Shown: piece by piece, positions 28,563 to 42,169 of the stretch
Layout of the letters: each line of letters begins with the position of its first letter
How positions within the stretch are numbered: the stretch's first letter is position 1
Assembly: GCA_951406725.2 (NCBI GenBank)
Contig: OX597830.1
Location: forward strand, 51,212,001-51,276,000
Direction of reading: 5' to 3'
DNA: 64,000 bases
From: Octopus vulgaris
Lineage: Eukaryota
The notes under the pieces: generated by a model
What the model saw: the letters and a program-made list of their open reading frames with translations, nothing else
What the model was told of the DNA's origin: nothing
Databases searched by the model: none
Program-made: the position numbers and the translations under genes

Positions 28563-29151
28563 CATCATCATCATCATCATCATCATCATTATTATTATTA
28601 TTAAAAGCGATGTACTAGCAGAATCCTTTTTACGTCTGCCAAATGCTTCGCGGTATTTCTTCCCGGTTTAGGTTTTGAATTCCAACAATGATGGCATTGT
28701 CTTCCCTACTTTCGGGCTCGATTAAATGTGTCAATCAAATACTGAGATACTCTTTTAAACATAACTCAATTTAGGAGATATTTCCTTTTAAGATATCCTT
28801 TTTAAAATATTGTTCGGTTTTTGATTGAGAGGAGAATCGTTTTAGTAACAAAGAGCTTCAGAACATTTGAACATGCAAAGCATCAACCTGATTAGTAAAG
28901 GTTCGTCTTTAAACACTTGTTACGTGTGTGTATATGTATGTGGATTCGTCCTTTAATTGGCAGTTTCCAGAAAGATTTCTAATGTTGATTCTTCATACTT
29001 TGCTGGGAGTGTACAGGCATAGATTTGCGAAGATACGAAAGTAGTAGTTGTATATAATGTAGGATGAATTTACAGAATGAAGTTCCTTAAATCCCATCAA
29101 TATTGTTAAGAATGGAGGAGACGAGTTGTAAATTTAATAAGAAGTTTAATT

Positions 29152-29240
29152 CTTGCAGACGATCGTTTCGTTCAGAGATATATAAAAATATAAATTCATG
29201 GTTCAGTTAAATTAAATATCAACATACTCTTCAGTGTAGG
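29152..29240 (-). ncRNA. Decayed hammerhead motif, inverted at the 5' edge of a PLE relic
   Basis: Minus strand: cctaca-CTGAAGA-g..(58-nt stem II region)..c-GAAA-CGATCG-TC-tgcaag; core intact, stem I has 2 mismatches. Confidence 0.55.
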
Positions 29241-29249
29241 AAAGAAAGA

Positions 29250-30850
29250 AACCATAACACGAGGAACTTAAAAAGGAATAGAAAAACCAAGGACTGTCTA
29301 TTACCATTATAAACGATCACAACTCTGTTAACTTCCTAGACGCCAACTTCAACTTTAATATTTCTACCCACCAAACTTACCATAAACCTAACACCAATAT
29401 TACATATATAAAGTGTGCACAGCAACCACTCCTATAACATAATAGAAAACCTCACCACTAACATAGAGAGAAGAATAAGTCTATCATCTAGCGAGTAAAT
29501 ATTTAATAAACATAAGGACTATTATAACCTAGCACTTAAGAAGGTAGGATATGAATATGAAATTAAGTATAATAAAAACGACAACACAAGTACTGATTAT
29601 ATCAAACATAATCATGAAACAAACAACATTGATAATATTAGTGAATCCAAGTCATCTGACGAATTAGTACATCCTAATAAAGGTATAACGAAAACTCTCA
29701 ATAAGATTCATCAACAAAAAACACAATCATAACTACAATAACCATACTAAAAAATACAACCAATACGAGCACTACAACCGAAATTTTACTAAAGAAAAGA
29801 ATAATATAAATTTTAGTAATTACCACCTTCCTAACCACACTAATATAAATAAATTTAGGAATACTGAAAACAAACACCACAACTGTATAATTAATGATAA
29901 AAATAGGAACATTAAGCCAATAAACAGAAAAAAATAAGAATAATCTAAACACGCCAAATTACTTCAATAACATAGGACTCGAATTAATAAGGATAGGAAT
30001 AAAATAGCAAAAAAGAAAGCAATACCTTGTATTAGAAAATCTGACCCTCTAAACACGACCCAACCTTTTAATAAAGCAAACAACAATAATACTACTTGAA
30101 TTATTATCCTTTTTGCCAGACATTTAAAATCTAACTGTATTAGATCCATTAGAATGACAATAAAAACTTCAACATCTCTAAATATGCAGAAATATTTAAT
30201 AATAAAAAATTAGATTTGGATTTTCAGTTTCTCCAAGTCTTCTTAGGATAATTTCTTCTTTTAACAACAAGAAACTGGATCTATAATAAAAGAATCTGTA
30301 CCTAGTACTTCCAATAATAATACTATTAATAATACATTGCATAATCCTACAAGTAACAACAACAATATTGCCAATAACCATAACTCTATTAATCCAACAA
30401 AATATAGATATAAAACCATTACACCACCCTCTAATTCAAATCGGAATTGTCGAGACCCTAATGCCTGTGAAGTAAATAGAAATTATAAAATGAGCGAAGT
30501 TGTATACCAAGCACCTGTTATTACTCAGGACTCCTCTGCATACATATAGGTAGGGTGCACCCAAAATTCAATTAAACCGAGAATTTCTAACCATAAATCT
30601 TCTTTTAGGGACCATCGAAAAGAGAATAGTGCAGCCCTATCTAAAAAATTTGGCACCTCAAAATTAAAAATACTATCAGTTTTTCCATTTCTTGGAAAAT
30701 CCTATCTTCTGTCCCATCTTATAGAAATAATTTTTAAAATTGTAGGTATGTTTAGAAGAATGAATGGAAATGTTTCTTATGTGAACACATGACCAAATTC
30801 CTATTCATTAAACTAAAATAACTCTGCACCCACCATTTGCTTAGTTTGAT
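29250..30850 (+). mobile_element. Penelope-like retroelement relic (RT C-terminus, Asn-rich linker, GIY-YIG; possibly Naiad-like)
   Basis: Manual translation across stops and frameshifts: VNFLDANFN..YHKPN..SNH..IERRIS; NCRDPNAC..EVVYQA..YI*VGCTQNSIKPRISNHKSSF..W.I..CLEE. Confidence 0.8.
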
Positions 30851-31038
30851 TTTTTTTTTAATATATCTCTATATTACCTTTTACTATAGAATATAATTAC
30901 ACACCACATCCCCTATACATTACTATATCTTATAATATCTTTATACATTTTTTCTTTAAAATTTCCTTCTGACAAATGCATGATCCACTTTCTCTATGTC
31001 CCCCTAAACTTTTTCGTTCCACATGTATATGTATATAT

Positions 31039-31104
<66 letters not shown>

Positions 31105-31216
31105 TCTGATGACTATGGTACTTAAGTTAAAGGCACCAGAATTTTGTATGGTATTATAAATATAAACCAAATGGGGTGATTATAATCAAAATAAGCAACA
31201 AGGATTTCCAAGGTAG

Positions 31217-31304
31217 TGTAGTACAATTGTTTCGTACTACTTCATTTTATTAAACACTGGAAGTATTACATCAGTTTTAAAATGTCGAGCAATCTTCAGC
31301 CACA
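31217..31304 (-). ncRNA. Hammerhead motif with extended stem II, slightly decayed
   Basis: Minus strand: tgtgg-CTGAAGA-ttgct..catttta...taaaatg..agtac-GAAA-CAATTG-TA-ctaca; first stem II pair is broken. Confidence 0.6.
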
Positions 31305-31422
31305 TATAGAATTTTTCAATTAAACAGACAATGCACATTCTTATACTTATTTCATTTGCCAACATTACAAAGAGGGTAGACATATAGACAGAGAGGTTAA
31401 TTTCATCATTAAGAACATGATG

Positions 31423-31469
<47 letters not shown>

Positions 31470-31949
31470 CGAGATGGTAGAATCATTAGCATCACGTTCT
31501 GAGTTCAGATTCCACCGAGGTCGACATATCCACCTTTGGAGGTTGATAAGTACCAGTTGAGCAATGAGATCGATGTAATCAACTTGCCCCTCCCCCAAAC
31601 TTGTTGGCCATGTGCCAATATTTGAGTGTGTGTGTGTGTTTGAAACAAAACATATATACAGACAGTTACAATTGAACAAGTGAAATAAATGGGCAGTCCT
31701 TACAAATGATATTGCCAAGAGCTACAACAACATCCGCAGGATCAACAATAGCAGCAATATTGGCGCCGAAAACCAAAGCGAATTTCTCAGATGTAAGCCA
31801 ACTCTAGACAAAGAAGTGTGGAAGAAGCATATCATAGCAGACACTAACACCTTACTCGAAGAGTTTATTCAGGAAAGAACGAAGTGAAAGGTAATGTATA
31901 TAAGTAATATAAAAGAAAATAACTATGTCATGGGACAAACTAGAGGATT

Positions 31950-32520
31950 AGTGGCATGGTTGTGCTTTTCATAAAATAGGGGGTTTCTTTATGAACTCAT
32001 AAACGAGTCCTGGATGATCTGCAAGGAGGAGGATGTGTTTTCGAATATGTCACTAGCTCGTCATGGAGGTTTACAATCGGAGATATTGTTACTCACATTT
32101 ACTCTCTGGCTTGTAATCAACGTACTAGACAAAGTATGGGCAGATTGGGCGCTCATAGATGAGCAGCATCAATATGTGGTCAGGAAGATTTGAATTAACA
32201 TCCATACCCTTGTGGCACATGAAACTTCCAAAGGCGTCCTAGATGTATACCAAACTGAGGGAGAGAAGAGACCGGTTAGAATAGTGGTTCATGAAAGAAT
32301 GCCCTATTTACTACATCACTGAGGAAAAGGGATACTTGATAGTACTCTGCTCAGATTTGGTTAAATCCCCAAAATATAGTGCAATTGTAAAGAGCGGCAG
32401 AATTAGCGCTAACAACAACAGGTCCTCGACGAATTTGGCTTCTTCTACCACTGTTTCTGCATTGCGACACTAGTCACAGCTTCATAAAATGCTGGAAAGG
32501 AAGCGAACGAAATTCGTTTC
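31950..32520 (+). mobile_element. Highly decayed non-LTR RT-like fragment
   Basis: Remnant resembling QGDxLSPLLFxLVINVL near 32075-32130. Confidence 0.3.
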
Positions 32521-33281
32521 CTCATCCTTTTAGACATTTAGACTGGGAGCAGATGGCAATGAAAACAAAGATCTACACGTTTGAGGTAAAATACGCAAAA
32601 TAGAAACGAGATGAAAATAGTAATTAAGGTGGTGAAGAATGTTTACCAGGGTAACATCGCATTATTTGCTAAAGTTGTATGCAAAGACTACAGCTACTAG
32701 CAGACACCCCCACCCCACCCACTCACCACCCGACAAAATACATTGCAGTCCATAATTATGTTACCTTTTCGTCTGCATTCAGATTATACCGACATCAGTT
32801 TCATTATTTTATGAGGTTTTCATTTTTTTTAGATCTTTAAATGTTCGCCCATAAACCCCTCCATCTCCTCCTTTCCCATGTTTCGTTTTTTAAATCTTCT
32901 CAGCCTGATGACATTGCGCTTTTCATGTAACAGCTGTCACACACACACACACACACACACATACACACACGCGCGTGCGCGCGCACGCACAAACGTACAC
33001 AAGCACACATACACAAACACAGGCACATATGCTCACACATGCAGACACACATACATGTGCTCACACACACGTGCGCACACACACACACACACACACACAA
33101 ACACAAAGACACTCATACACCCAAACACATACTCACACACACGCACACACAGATGCACACACACACACACACACACGCGCGCACACAAATACACACACAC
33201 ACATACACCTACAAGCACAAACACAAACACACCCAAAAATATACACTCAAACTCACAGGCACACACACGCACACACAGATG

Positions 33282-33315
<34 letters not shown>

Positions 33316-33834
33316 CATACACACACACACTTACACCTACAAGCACAAACACAAACACACCCAAAAATATACACTCTAACTCACAGGCACACACACGCAC
33401 ACACACACACACACACAACTTTCAGAACGTAGAGGTGTCCATGTAATACTACATTACATTCTTTGTTCGGAGTGACAGCGAACCAGCGAAGCAGGTCACA
33501 ACGGTCTCTGTGTAACAGACATTTGTATCCTGTTGAAACGCGTCGTCCCAGATAGAGGCGTGCCTCTCCAACATACATATCATCTTGCTCAACCCGGCTG
33601 CACGATGTAACTGGATCCGAACGTCTCAGCTGTCAACTTCGACCAACGAATATTTCACACGAGTCACTGGGTACGGAATATTAATTTGGCAGCTAAAAGA
33701 ATATTCTGAGTCTGATATTCCTTCTTGCTAACTCATTTCCTTTCAACTGTTATTTCATGTTCTTGTCCTGTGCGTCTTTTTCCCTATCTCTGTCCGTCTT
33801 TCTCTTCCTCGCCTCTCTCTCTCTCTCTCTCATA

Positions 33835-34960
33835 ATACACACACACATACATACATACATACATACATACATACATACATACATACATACATACATACAT
33901 ACATACATACATACATACATACATACATACATACATACACACATACATACATACATACATACATACATACATACACACATACATACATACATACACACAT
34001 ACATACATACATACATACATACATACATACATACACACATACATACATACATACATACACACATGCATACATACATACATACATACATACATACACACAT
34101 ACATACATACATACATACACACATGCATACATATATACATACATACATACATACATACATACATACATACATACATACATACATGCATACATACATACAT
34201 ACATACATACATACATACATACACACATGCATACATACATACATACATACACACATGCATACATACATACATACATACATACATACACACATGCATACAT
34301 ACATACATACATACATACATACACACACGCATACATACATACATACATACATACATACATACATACATACATACATACACACACATGCATACATACATAC
34401 ATACATACATACATACATACATACATACATACATACATACACACATGCATACATACATACATACATACATACATACATACATACACACATGCATACATAC
34501 ATACATACATACATACATACATACATACATACATACACACATACACACATGCATACATACATACATACATGCATACATACATACATACATACACACATAT
34601 ATACATACATACACACATGTATACATGCATGCATTCATGCAGCTTATTCTATTCAGATTACAAGTTCAGGTATATACTGGGATATGTAATACACTGCCTA
34701 AATACCAATATTGACATATCAAGCATCTCAAAACAAGAAAGAAGGTGATTTGAAGACTACAGATTCAGCCATCACTGGAACTGCCAAAATTTGTAAAACT
34801 TTCCAAAAATTTATCATTTAAGTATACATGCATGTCTAGACATGCAACCATATGCATGAAAATACATACATAAAACAATACATACAAATCGGTACGTATA
34901 CATAAGTGCATGCATATATACATACACATACGTACATGCATACATACATACATACATACA

Positions 34961-34994
<34 letters not shown>

Positions 34995-35860
34995 CATACA
35001 TACATTCTCTGTTGATGATGAAATTCCAATGAAGGAACCTTCAATCTAGGTTAGAAACCGGCTCTTTCTGTATTGGCAAGAAATCTTGAAATAAAACTGA
35101 ATAGTGGCATACACACATGCATACATGCATACATACATACATACATACATAAATACATACATACATACATACATACATACATACATACATACATACATAC
35201 ATACATACATACATACATACATACATACAATATTGAGAAATTAGGGTTTTCAAAACCAGAAAAGAGAAAGCTGATTCGAAAAGTACAGTTCCAAGCCATC
35301 ACTGGAAATGTCAAAATTTGTAAAACTTTCCAGAAGTTTATCATTTAAGCATATCTGAGCATGTCTAGACATGCAACTATATAAGCATGAGAATACCTGC
35401 ATAAAACAAAACATACAAATATGCACGTGCACTGACTTCAAATATAGCACATATACACATATACATGCGAAAATACCCTGTTGATGTTTAAATTCCAATT
35501 AAGGATCTAGGTTAGATACACTCTCCTTCCTTATTGGCAAGAAATCTTGAAACAAAACAGAATATTGGCATACATACATACATACATACATACATACATA
35601 CATACATACATACATACATACATACATACATACATACATACATACATACATACATACATACATACATACATACATACATACATACATACATACATACATA
35701 CATACATACATACATACATACATACATACATACATACATACATACATACATACATACATACATACATACATACATACATACATACATACATACATACATA
35801 CATACATACATACATACATACATACATACATACATACATACATACATACATACATACATA
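33835..35860. repeat. (CATA)n field interrupted by RLE retroelement ends
   Basis: Direct reading. Confidence 0.95.
34638..35570 (+). mobile_element. Two tandem 5'-truncated copies of the (CATA)n-associated RLE element
   Basis: About 34638-35110 and 35228-35570 match the reverse complement of 17720-18210; each ends in aaa(a/c)(c/a)..gaata(g/t)tggcatac followed by (CATA)n. Confidence 0.8.
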
Positions 35861-36119
35861 AGCACATGTCCTAGTATTTATGTTATCGTCCCAGAAAGAT
35901 GAAATGTAAACTAGACCTCGGCGGGATTTGAACAATCTCATACATCTTTATACGCAGGTGTACTCTTCCTCGTGTTTTATAATTTTGTTTTTGATTTCTG
36001 TTTTCGATTTTCTTACGCTTTTCTTTCTTTCTTTTTCTTTCTCTTTGCTATTTTGGAAAACGTCTACCGATTCCCTTCATCACCTCTCTACTTCCTAGTC
36101 TCATGAGTACATAGGACGT

Positions 36120-36503
36120 AGTAGGAGCACTCCGTCGGTTGCGACGATGAGGGTCCCAGCTGATACGATCAACGGAACAGCTTGCTCGTGATATTAACGT
36201 GCAAGTGGCTGAGCACTCCACAGACACGTGTACCCTTAACGTAGTTCTCGAGGAGATTCAGCGTGACACAGAGTGTGACAAGGCTGGCCCTTTGAAATAC
36301 AGGTACAAGAGAAACAGGAAGAAAGAGCGAGAGAAAGTTGTGGTGAAAGAGTACAGCAGGGTTCACCACCACCCCTGCCGGAGCCTCGTGGAGCTTTAGG
36401 TGTTTTCGCTCAATAAACACTCACAATGCCCGGTCTGGGAATCGAAACCGCGATCCTCCGACCGCGAGTCTGCTGCCCTAACCACTGGGCCATTGCGCCT
36501 CCA
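36120..36503 (-). mobile_element. tRNA-derived SINE family D, tail type 1
   Basis: Head ggaggcgcaatggcccagtgg..ggtttcgattccc on minus. Confidence 0.85.
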
Positions 36504-36554
36504 CATAGGACGGTACCACTTTGGGACAGCGATATTTCACTGTTTGCTTCTTGC

Positions 36555-36941
36555 TGTCGCTGTTGCTGTTGCTGTTGAGCGAAGCGGTCTTCGTTCCAGA
36601 GCTCGCAGTGGAAGAAGTCCGATTCGTGGTCCTTTGCTATTCGTAAGACCCGCGGAAGAGAAAGCAGGTCAACCCCCGACACCGAGGGCATCGACGGATG
36701 GATGAATGCGCATCCAGGCTCAGCGGTTGCGTAGGAAGTCGGGGACAAGAAACAGGAAGAAAGAGTGAGAGAAAGTTGGAGCGAGAGAGTCCAACAGGAG
36801 TCGCCACCACCCTCTGCCGGAGCATCGTGGAGCTTTGGGTGTTTTCGCTCAATAAACACACATAACACCCGGTCTGGGAATCGAAACCGCGATCTTCCGA
36901 CAGCGAGTCCGCTGCCCTAACCATTGGGCCATTGCGCCTCC
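36555..36941 (-). mobile_element. SINE family D, tail type 2
   Basis: Same head, different 3' half ending in CAG/CAA repeats; matches 47015-47371. Confidence 0.85.
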
Positions 36942-36989
36942 ACTGCTGTCGCTGTTGCTGTTGTGAATGATTTTTGTTTTTGCCGGTTG

Positions 36990-37630
36990 AAACTGAGATA
37001 GAGTATAACTGGGCTTTATTCCCGGCAATATGGATAAAGAGATTTCTTTTGACAGCTCCAGAGTTGTACCTTGGTGACACTTCAGGACCGGCAAGCCTTA
37101 TGCTTTCTTGCTTTTTTATTGCTTTTGTTCTTTGAAGTGTTCTGGGCAAAAAGCCATCAAGTGACTTATACTGACACATGCGGAGCAGTTGAGCCCTCTA
37201 CTTTGGATACTTTCATTTCTGAACTCTCTGCAGAGTGTTGTTTTGCGAACTTGCGGTCATATGAGAAGTAGTATGATCATGAGGATCCTACCCTAACCAA
37301 CACCTTACATTTTTCAAAGAAGGTGACGATTAGCCAGGTGTTGAAGTGATAACCCTTATAGTCTGTCTTCCCAGATATTGTGGAATTATTTCATGGACAA
37401 TGGTGCCATGTACAATTCCGGCTCGCTACTGTTGCAGTTTACTCTGCCTTAACAACGCATATATGGTTCCTTTCTCAATAAGGGAGATTTCACTCAATTT
37501 ATTTTCCGTAGATATAACAGGCAAATTAACCGTTTCCTTGGCAATATACAGTAGGGCTATCCTCCCAGCTCGCGCTCTTCTAGGCTGTAATGTTGCAGGT
37601 CGGCACACATGTTGAGATCACAGTGCAGCC
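36990..37630 (-). mobile_element. Possible decayed LINE ORF1-like fragment
   Basis: Complex coding-like sequence with broken frames; no decisive motif. Confidence 0.2.
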
Positions 37631-37745
37631 ATGCTTTAATTACTCTCAGCAAAATATTTCATATCTAAGCTTTTTTTTTTTTTTTCTCCACACTACAATC
37701 GCAAAATATGACGCTTATGACGCTACTTGTCGATTGACAAGCAGA

Positions 37746-37778
37746 CTGCTGTTGTTGTTGTTGCTGTTGTTGTTGCTA

Positions 37779-37828
<50 letters not shown>

Positions 37829-37912
37829 CTTCTTCTTCTTCTTCTTCTTCTTCTTCTTCTTCTTCTTCTTCTTCTTCTTCTGCTTCTTCTTCGTCTTCTT
37901 CTTCTTCTTCTT

Positions 37913-37999
<87 letters not shown>

Positions 38000-38000
38000 T
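37746..38000. repeat. Compound (GTT)n(CTT)n(ATT)n
   Basis: Direct reading. Confidence 0.95.
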
Positions 38001-38276
38001 TGCACGCCTGTCATTTATTTCTTTGTGCATTTATTAATAAATTTAACATATATATTTTTTTTCATTTGGTATTTTTGTTTGTCCAGTACAATTTGCAATG
38101 GAAGCGCATCCTAAAAAAGAGATACTGTCACAGTTAAAAGGTAAAATGAAAGTGAAATATGGTTTTTTAAAGACTAACCCAGTTGTCTAACACCAGCGGT
38201 TAACTTTCGAAAATCTTCAATAATTTCCTTTGTTTGAAACAAGTCCAAAATGAAAATTAATTCATTGAGCTATACT

Positions 38277-38502
38277 TTTTACTCTCTTTCTCTTTTACTT
38301 GTTAAAGTCGTTTGACTGCGGCCATGCTGGAGCACCTCCTTTTAGTCGAACAAATCGACCCCAGTACTTATTTTTTATAAGCCTAGTACTTACTTATTCT
38401 ATCGGTCTCTTATGCCGAACCGGTAAGTTACGGCGGACGTAAAGACACCAGCATCAGTTGTCAAGCGATGTTGGGGGGGGGGGTACAAACACAGACACAC
38501 AA

Positions 38503-38581
<79 letters not shown>

Positions 38582-38746
38582 TACGACGGTCTTCTTTCAG
38601 TTTCCGTCTACCATATCCACTCACAAGGCTTTGGTCGGCCCGAAGCTATAGTAGAAGACACTTGCCCAAGGTGCCACGCAGTGGGACTGAACCTGGGACC
38701 GTTTTGTTGGTAAGCGAGCTACTTACCACACAGCCACTCCTGCGCC
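38277..38746 (-). mobile_element. SINE family B
   Basis: Reverse complement of the family B sequence. Confidence 0.85.
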
Positions 38747-39138
38747 TATATTTGTAAAACAAAAAACACATCGAAAATTCATGGAACAGAAATGTTTATG
38801 CCTGAACAGTGAAAGCAGCAAATAATGATCTTTTTCCACTATATTTTAGGAGAGAGGTCAAGTCGATTATATTCGACTCTATTATCCAACAGGCATTTAT
38901 TTTATCAAGCTTGAAAGGATGAAAGGCAAAGTCGACCTTCGCTGAATTTGACCTCAGAATGGAAAAACGTGGATCAAATATCCCAAAGCATTTTCCCCAG
39001 CATTCTAACGAATCTTTCAAACCACTGCCGTTTTCTAAATCATAAGACATTACACACATATAAGTCTTTTTTCTTATGACCCCAGGAGCTGGTAGGTTGA
39101 TGAGAATCGCAGGTGATTCGAGATAATATATATGTAAT

Positions 39139-39302
39139 GCGCAGGAGTGGCTGTGTGGTAAGTAGCTTGTTTACCAACCACATGGTTCCGGGTTCAGTCC
39201 CACTGCGTGGCACCTTGGGCTAGTGTCTTCTACTATAGCCTCGGGCCGACCAAAGCCTTGTGAGTGGATTTGGTAGACGGAAACTGAAAGTAGCTCGTCG
39301 TA

Positions 39303-39340
<38 letters not shown>

Positions 39341-39560
39341 TGTGTGTGGTCGTGTGTTTGTCCCCCAAGCATTGCTTGACAACCGATGCTGGTGTGTTTA
39401 TGTCCCCGTTACTTAGCGGTTCGGCAAAGAGACCGATAGGATAAGTACTGGGCTTACAAAGAATAAGTCCCGGGGTCGAGTTGCTCGATTAAAGGCGGTG
39501 CTCCAGCATGGCCGCAGTCAAATGACTGAAACAAGTAAAAGAGTAAAGAGTAAAGAGTAA
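39139..39560 (+). mobile_element. SINE family B
   Basis: Apparently full-length copy with gagtaaa-repeat tail. Confidence 0.85.
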
Positions 39561-39974
39561 TGTCACAGGCAAGAGGATTAGCGTCTTATCTTGCAACAAG
39601 GTCTCATACCAAGAAACCAGTAGATCCAAGAAACCAGTCGACACCAACAAGACTGATTGATAGCTTGTCCACATGACCACTGGTGCACTACTAACTCCCT
39701 GTCATTTATGAAGCTGTGTACTGTCACCATTGACTAACTGAAGCTGTCTCCTGTGACAAGCTAAAGAGTATCCAGTGACAACACAACTAGAAAACGGTGA
39801 GTTAACTGATATCATAGAACACAATGATTCTGCAGAAACTAAGCATGGTAGTATTATTTAGTTGCTACACTCCATTTCACATGAACAACACTTGTTCCAC
39901 GCAGAACATACGGAAAGGACGAGAGAACTAAACACACACGTACTGAGTCGTAAGCACAAACACACACACACACA

Positions 39975-40013
<39 letters not shown>

Positions 40014-40194
40014 ACAAGCACACACGTTTGCATACATACATGCATACATACACGTACATAAACATTTTTATTTCTCTTTCTCTCTCTCACAACCATTTCT
40101 GTCTTCCTATACACATATATGCATCTGCACACGTGCACATACACGCTCACACTCACATGCACGCGCGCACGTATGTATGTAAGTATTTACCGGC

Positions 40195-41655
40195 GTGCTA
40201 GAAGATCGCTGGGACTGAGACACCCCTCAGCTTCTCTCGAAGCATGTCTTTAGGAGGTCAATCTGATATAAAACCAAATATGGACGGAATGGCATTGGAC
40301 ATTTTAGGGATCTTTGGTTTGTGCTAGGGATCATGGATGTTCACCCTGCGCTCGAAAAACAAAGAGACTTTTTATTTTACAAAATCTGGATGGTACTTGA
40401 ACATTTCATGGTGCAATGTGCGCACTCTGTTGGATAACAAGAGTGATTGTAGGCCTCAAAGACGCACTGCACTTGTTGCTCAAGAGCTTAACCGCTATAA
40501 CTTTGATATAGCTGTACTTTCAGAAACTCGTATAGAAATTGATGATCAGCTTGAGGAATTAGAAGGTGCATACACCTCTTTTTGGAAGAGGAGACTGGCG
40601 GAGGAGAGCAGAGAGGCTGGTGTTGGTTTTGCTGTTCGATCTGATATCCTTAAAAAGTAGGAAGAGCTTCCTGTTCTTATAAATGAAAGTCTCATGACTC
40701 TACGGTTACACATGAAAAGTGGGCGGTTTGCTACTCTAATAAGTGCCTATGCACCTACTTTGACTAGTTGTGATGAAGATAAAACTATTTTTCATACCCA
40801 GCTGAGAGCTATATTTAGGAAAATCTCCAATTCTGATAAGGTTATTCTGCTGGGAGATTTCGATGTCAGGGCTGGAACAGGCAGGCAAACATGGAACACT
40901 CTAGCATGTTTTGGGGTAGGGAAAATGAACAGCAATAGTCTCATGCTACTGAAGCTTCGCGATGAACATGGACTTTACATCGCAAGCGCTCATTTTAATG
41001 AACACATCAACGGGGATACATTCAAAATCTAAAGTTTGGCACTTGCTGGATTATGTCATCATCCGCAACGTGACATCTATGACATTTCTAATGTCAACTC
41101 CTTTCATGGATCGGAATGCTGGACAGACCACAGTCTGGTGCGAACAAAGTTCCGGATGATGATTAAAGTGAAAGAGAGAAGAGGCCCAGTTGGCATTCCT
41201 CAGCGTCTGAATGTTCACAAGATGTACGATGCTGTGTTAAGGAAAAAAAACTTCAGATTCGCTTGTCTAGCATTGAAAATACTACAGTAGAAGATTTTTG
41301 AGACCAGGTTCTTCAATGTGCTGCTGAGGTTTAGCGACTATTGGTTGTAAAGCGCTATGCCCACAATGTATTGGTGCACTGAGGACTTTCAGCTGTGCAA
41401 CGAAATCTAGCACATGCCCACCATAGCAGTGTAAAATCCCTACTGCAGCGATCTCTCAGGAAGATGCAGAACATATGGTGAAAGGATCTTGCTCGTGATG
41501 TTCAGGCTGCTGCAAATGATAGCAAGAAGCTTCACAGTCTTATGATGCAAGCTTATGGGGGCCTAAGAGCTCTGCATCAGCTCCTTTGCTTTCCAAGAAG
41601 ACTTCTACTCTATTTACTAAATCGACAGAAATCACAGGTCGCTGAATTGAACAAA
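40195..41655 (+). mobile_element. RTE-clade LINE relic (APE endonuclease region)
   Basis: ORFs 40337-41290: NVRTLLD..RPQRRTALVAQELNRYNFDIAVLSETR, GVGFAV, ISAYAPT, LLGDF, HLLDYVI, CWTDH; stops and frameshifts. Confidence 0.9.
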
Positions 41656-42168
41656 TCTATATATATAAAACTGTAGTTGTGTGAGTGTCTGTCCCCTTCG
41701 ATTTAGATTCCCAACTACTCCCACATTTTGCGGTGCAGTTTAACCAAATTCGGGTATCTTATAGTCGTGATTCATATCGAGCCCGTCTGAGTATTAGCGC
41801 GCGTCTACGATGAGTCTACGATTTTAAAAATAATTTAACATAATTTTTTATTCCATTTTAATGCATAATTTTTCGTGTGTCGATGGCGGCGGAGTTGGCG
41901 TCCATGGTCACACCTGCACCTGTTTGCTTCTCCCCCTTCTTCCCTCCCTCGTGAAGCTGTGGGGAAGGGAGTGTAAGGAAATCAACGTCGTAAAGCGTTG
42001 TCAAGGAGACCAGCGTTCTTTTGGAACAACGACTTCATGGCTTGAAGACACCAAAACAGAAATGGTTAAGAAAGCCCGAATTGGCATCTATAAGGGAAGT
42101 AACTCTCTAAAAATGCTTATATAGTTATTTCCCTTACAAACCCGAGCAACGCCGGGCGATACTGCTAG
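41656..42168 (+). mobile_element. Non-autonomous Helitron
   Basis: A|TCTATATATATAAAA...cccgagcaacgccggg hairpin-cgatactgCTAG|T; no TSD. Confidence 0.88.
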
Positions 42169-42169
42169 T

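Noticed and set aside
33750-35941. Long ORFs up to 310 aa (MYVC/HTYI repeats), and similar YI, LSIY, HT and poly-I/N ORFs across the window
   Set aside because: Translations of stop-free microsatellites.
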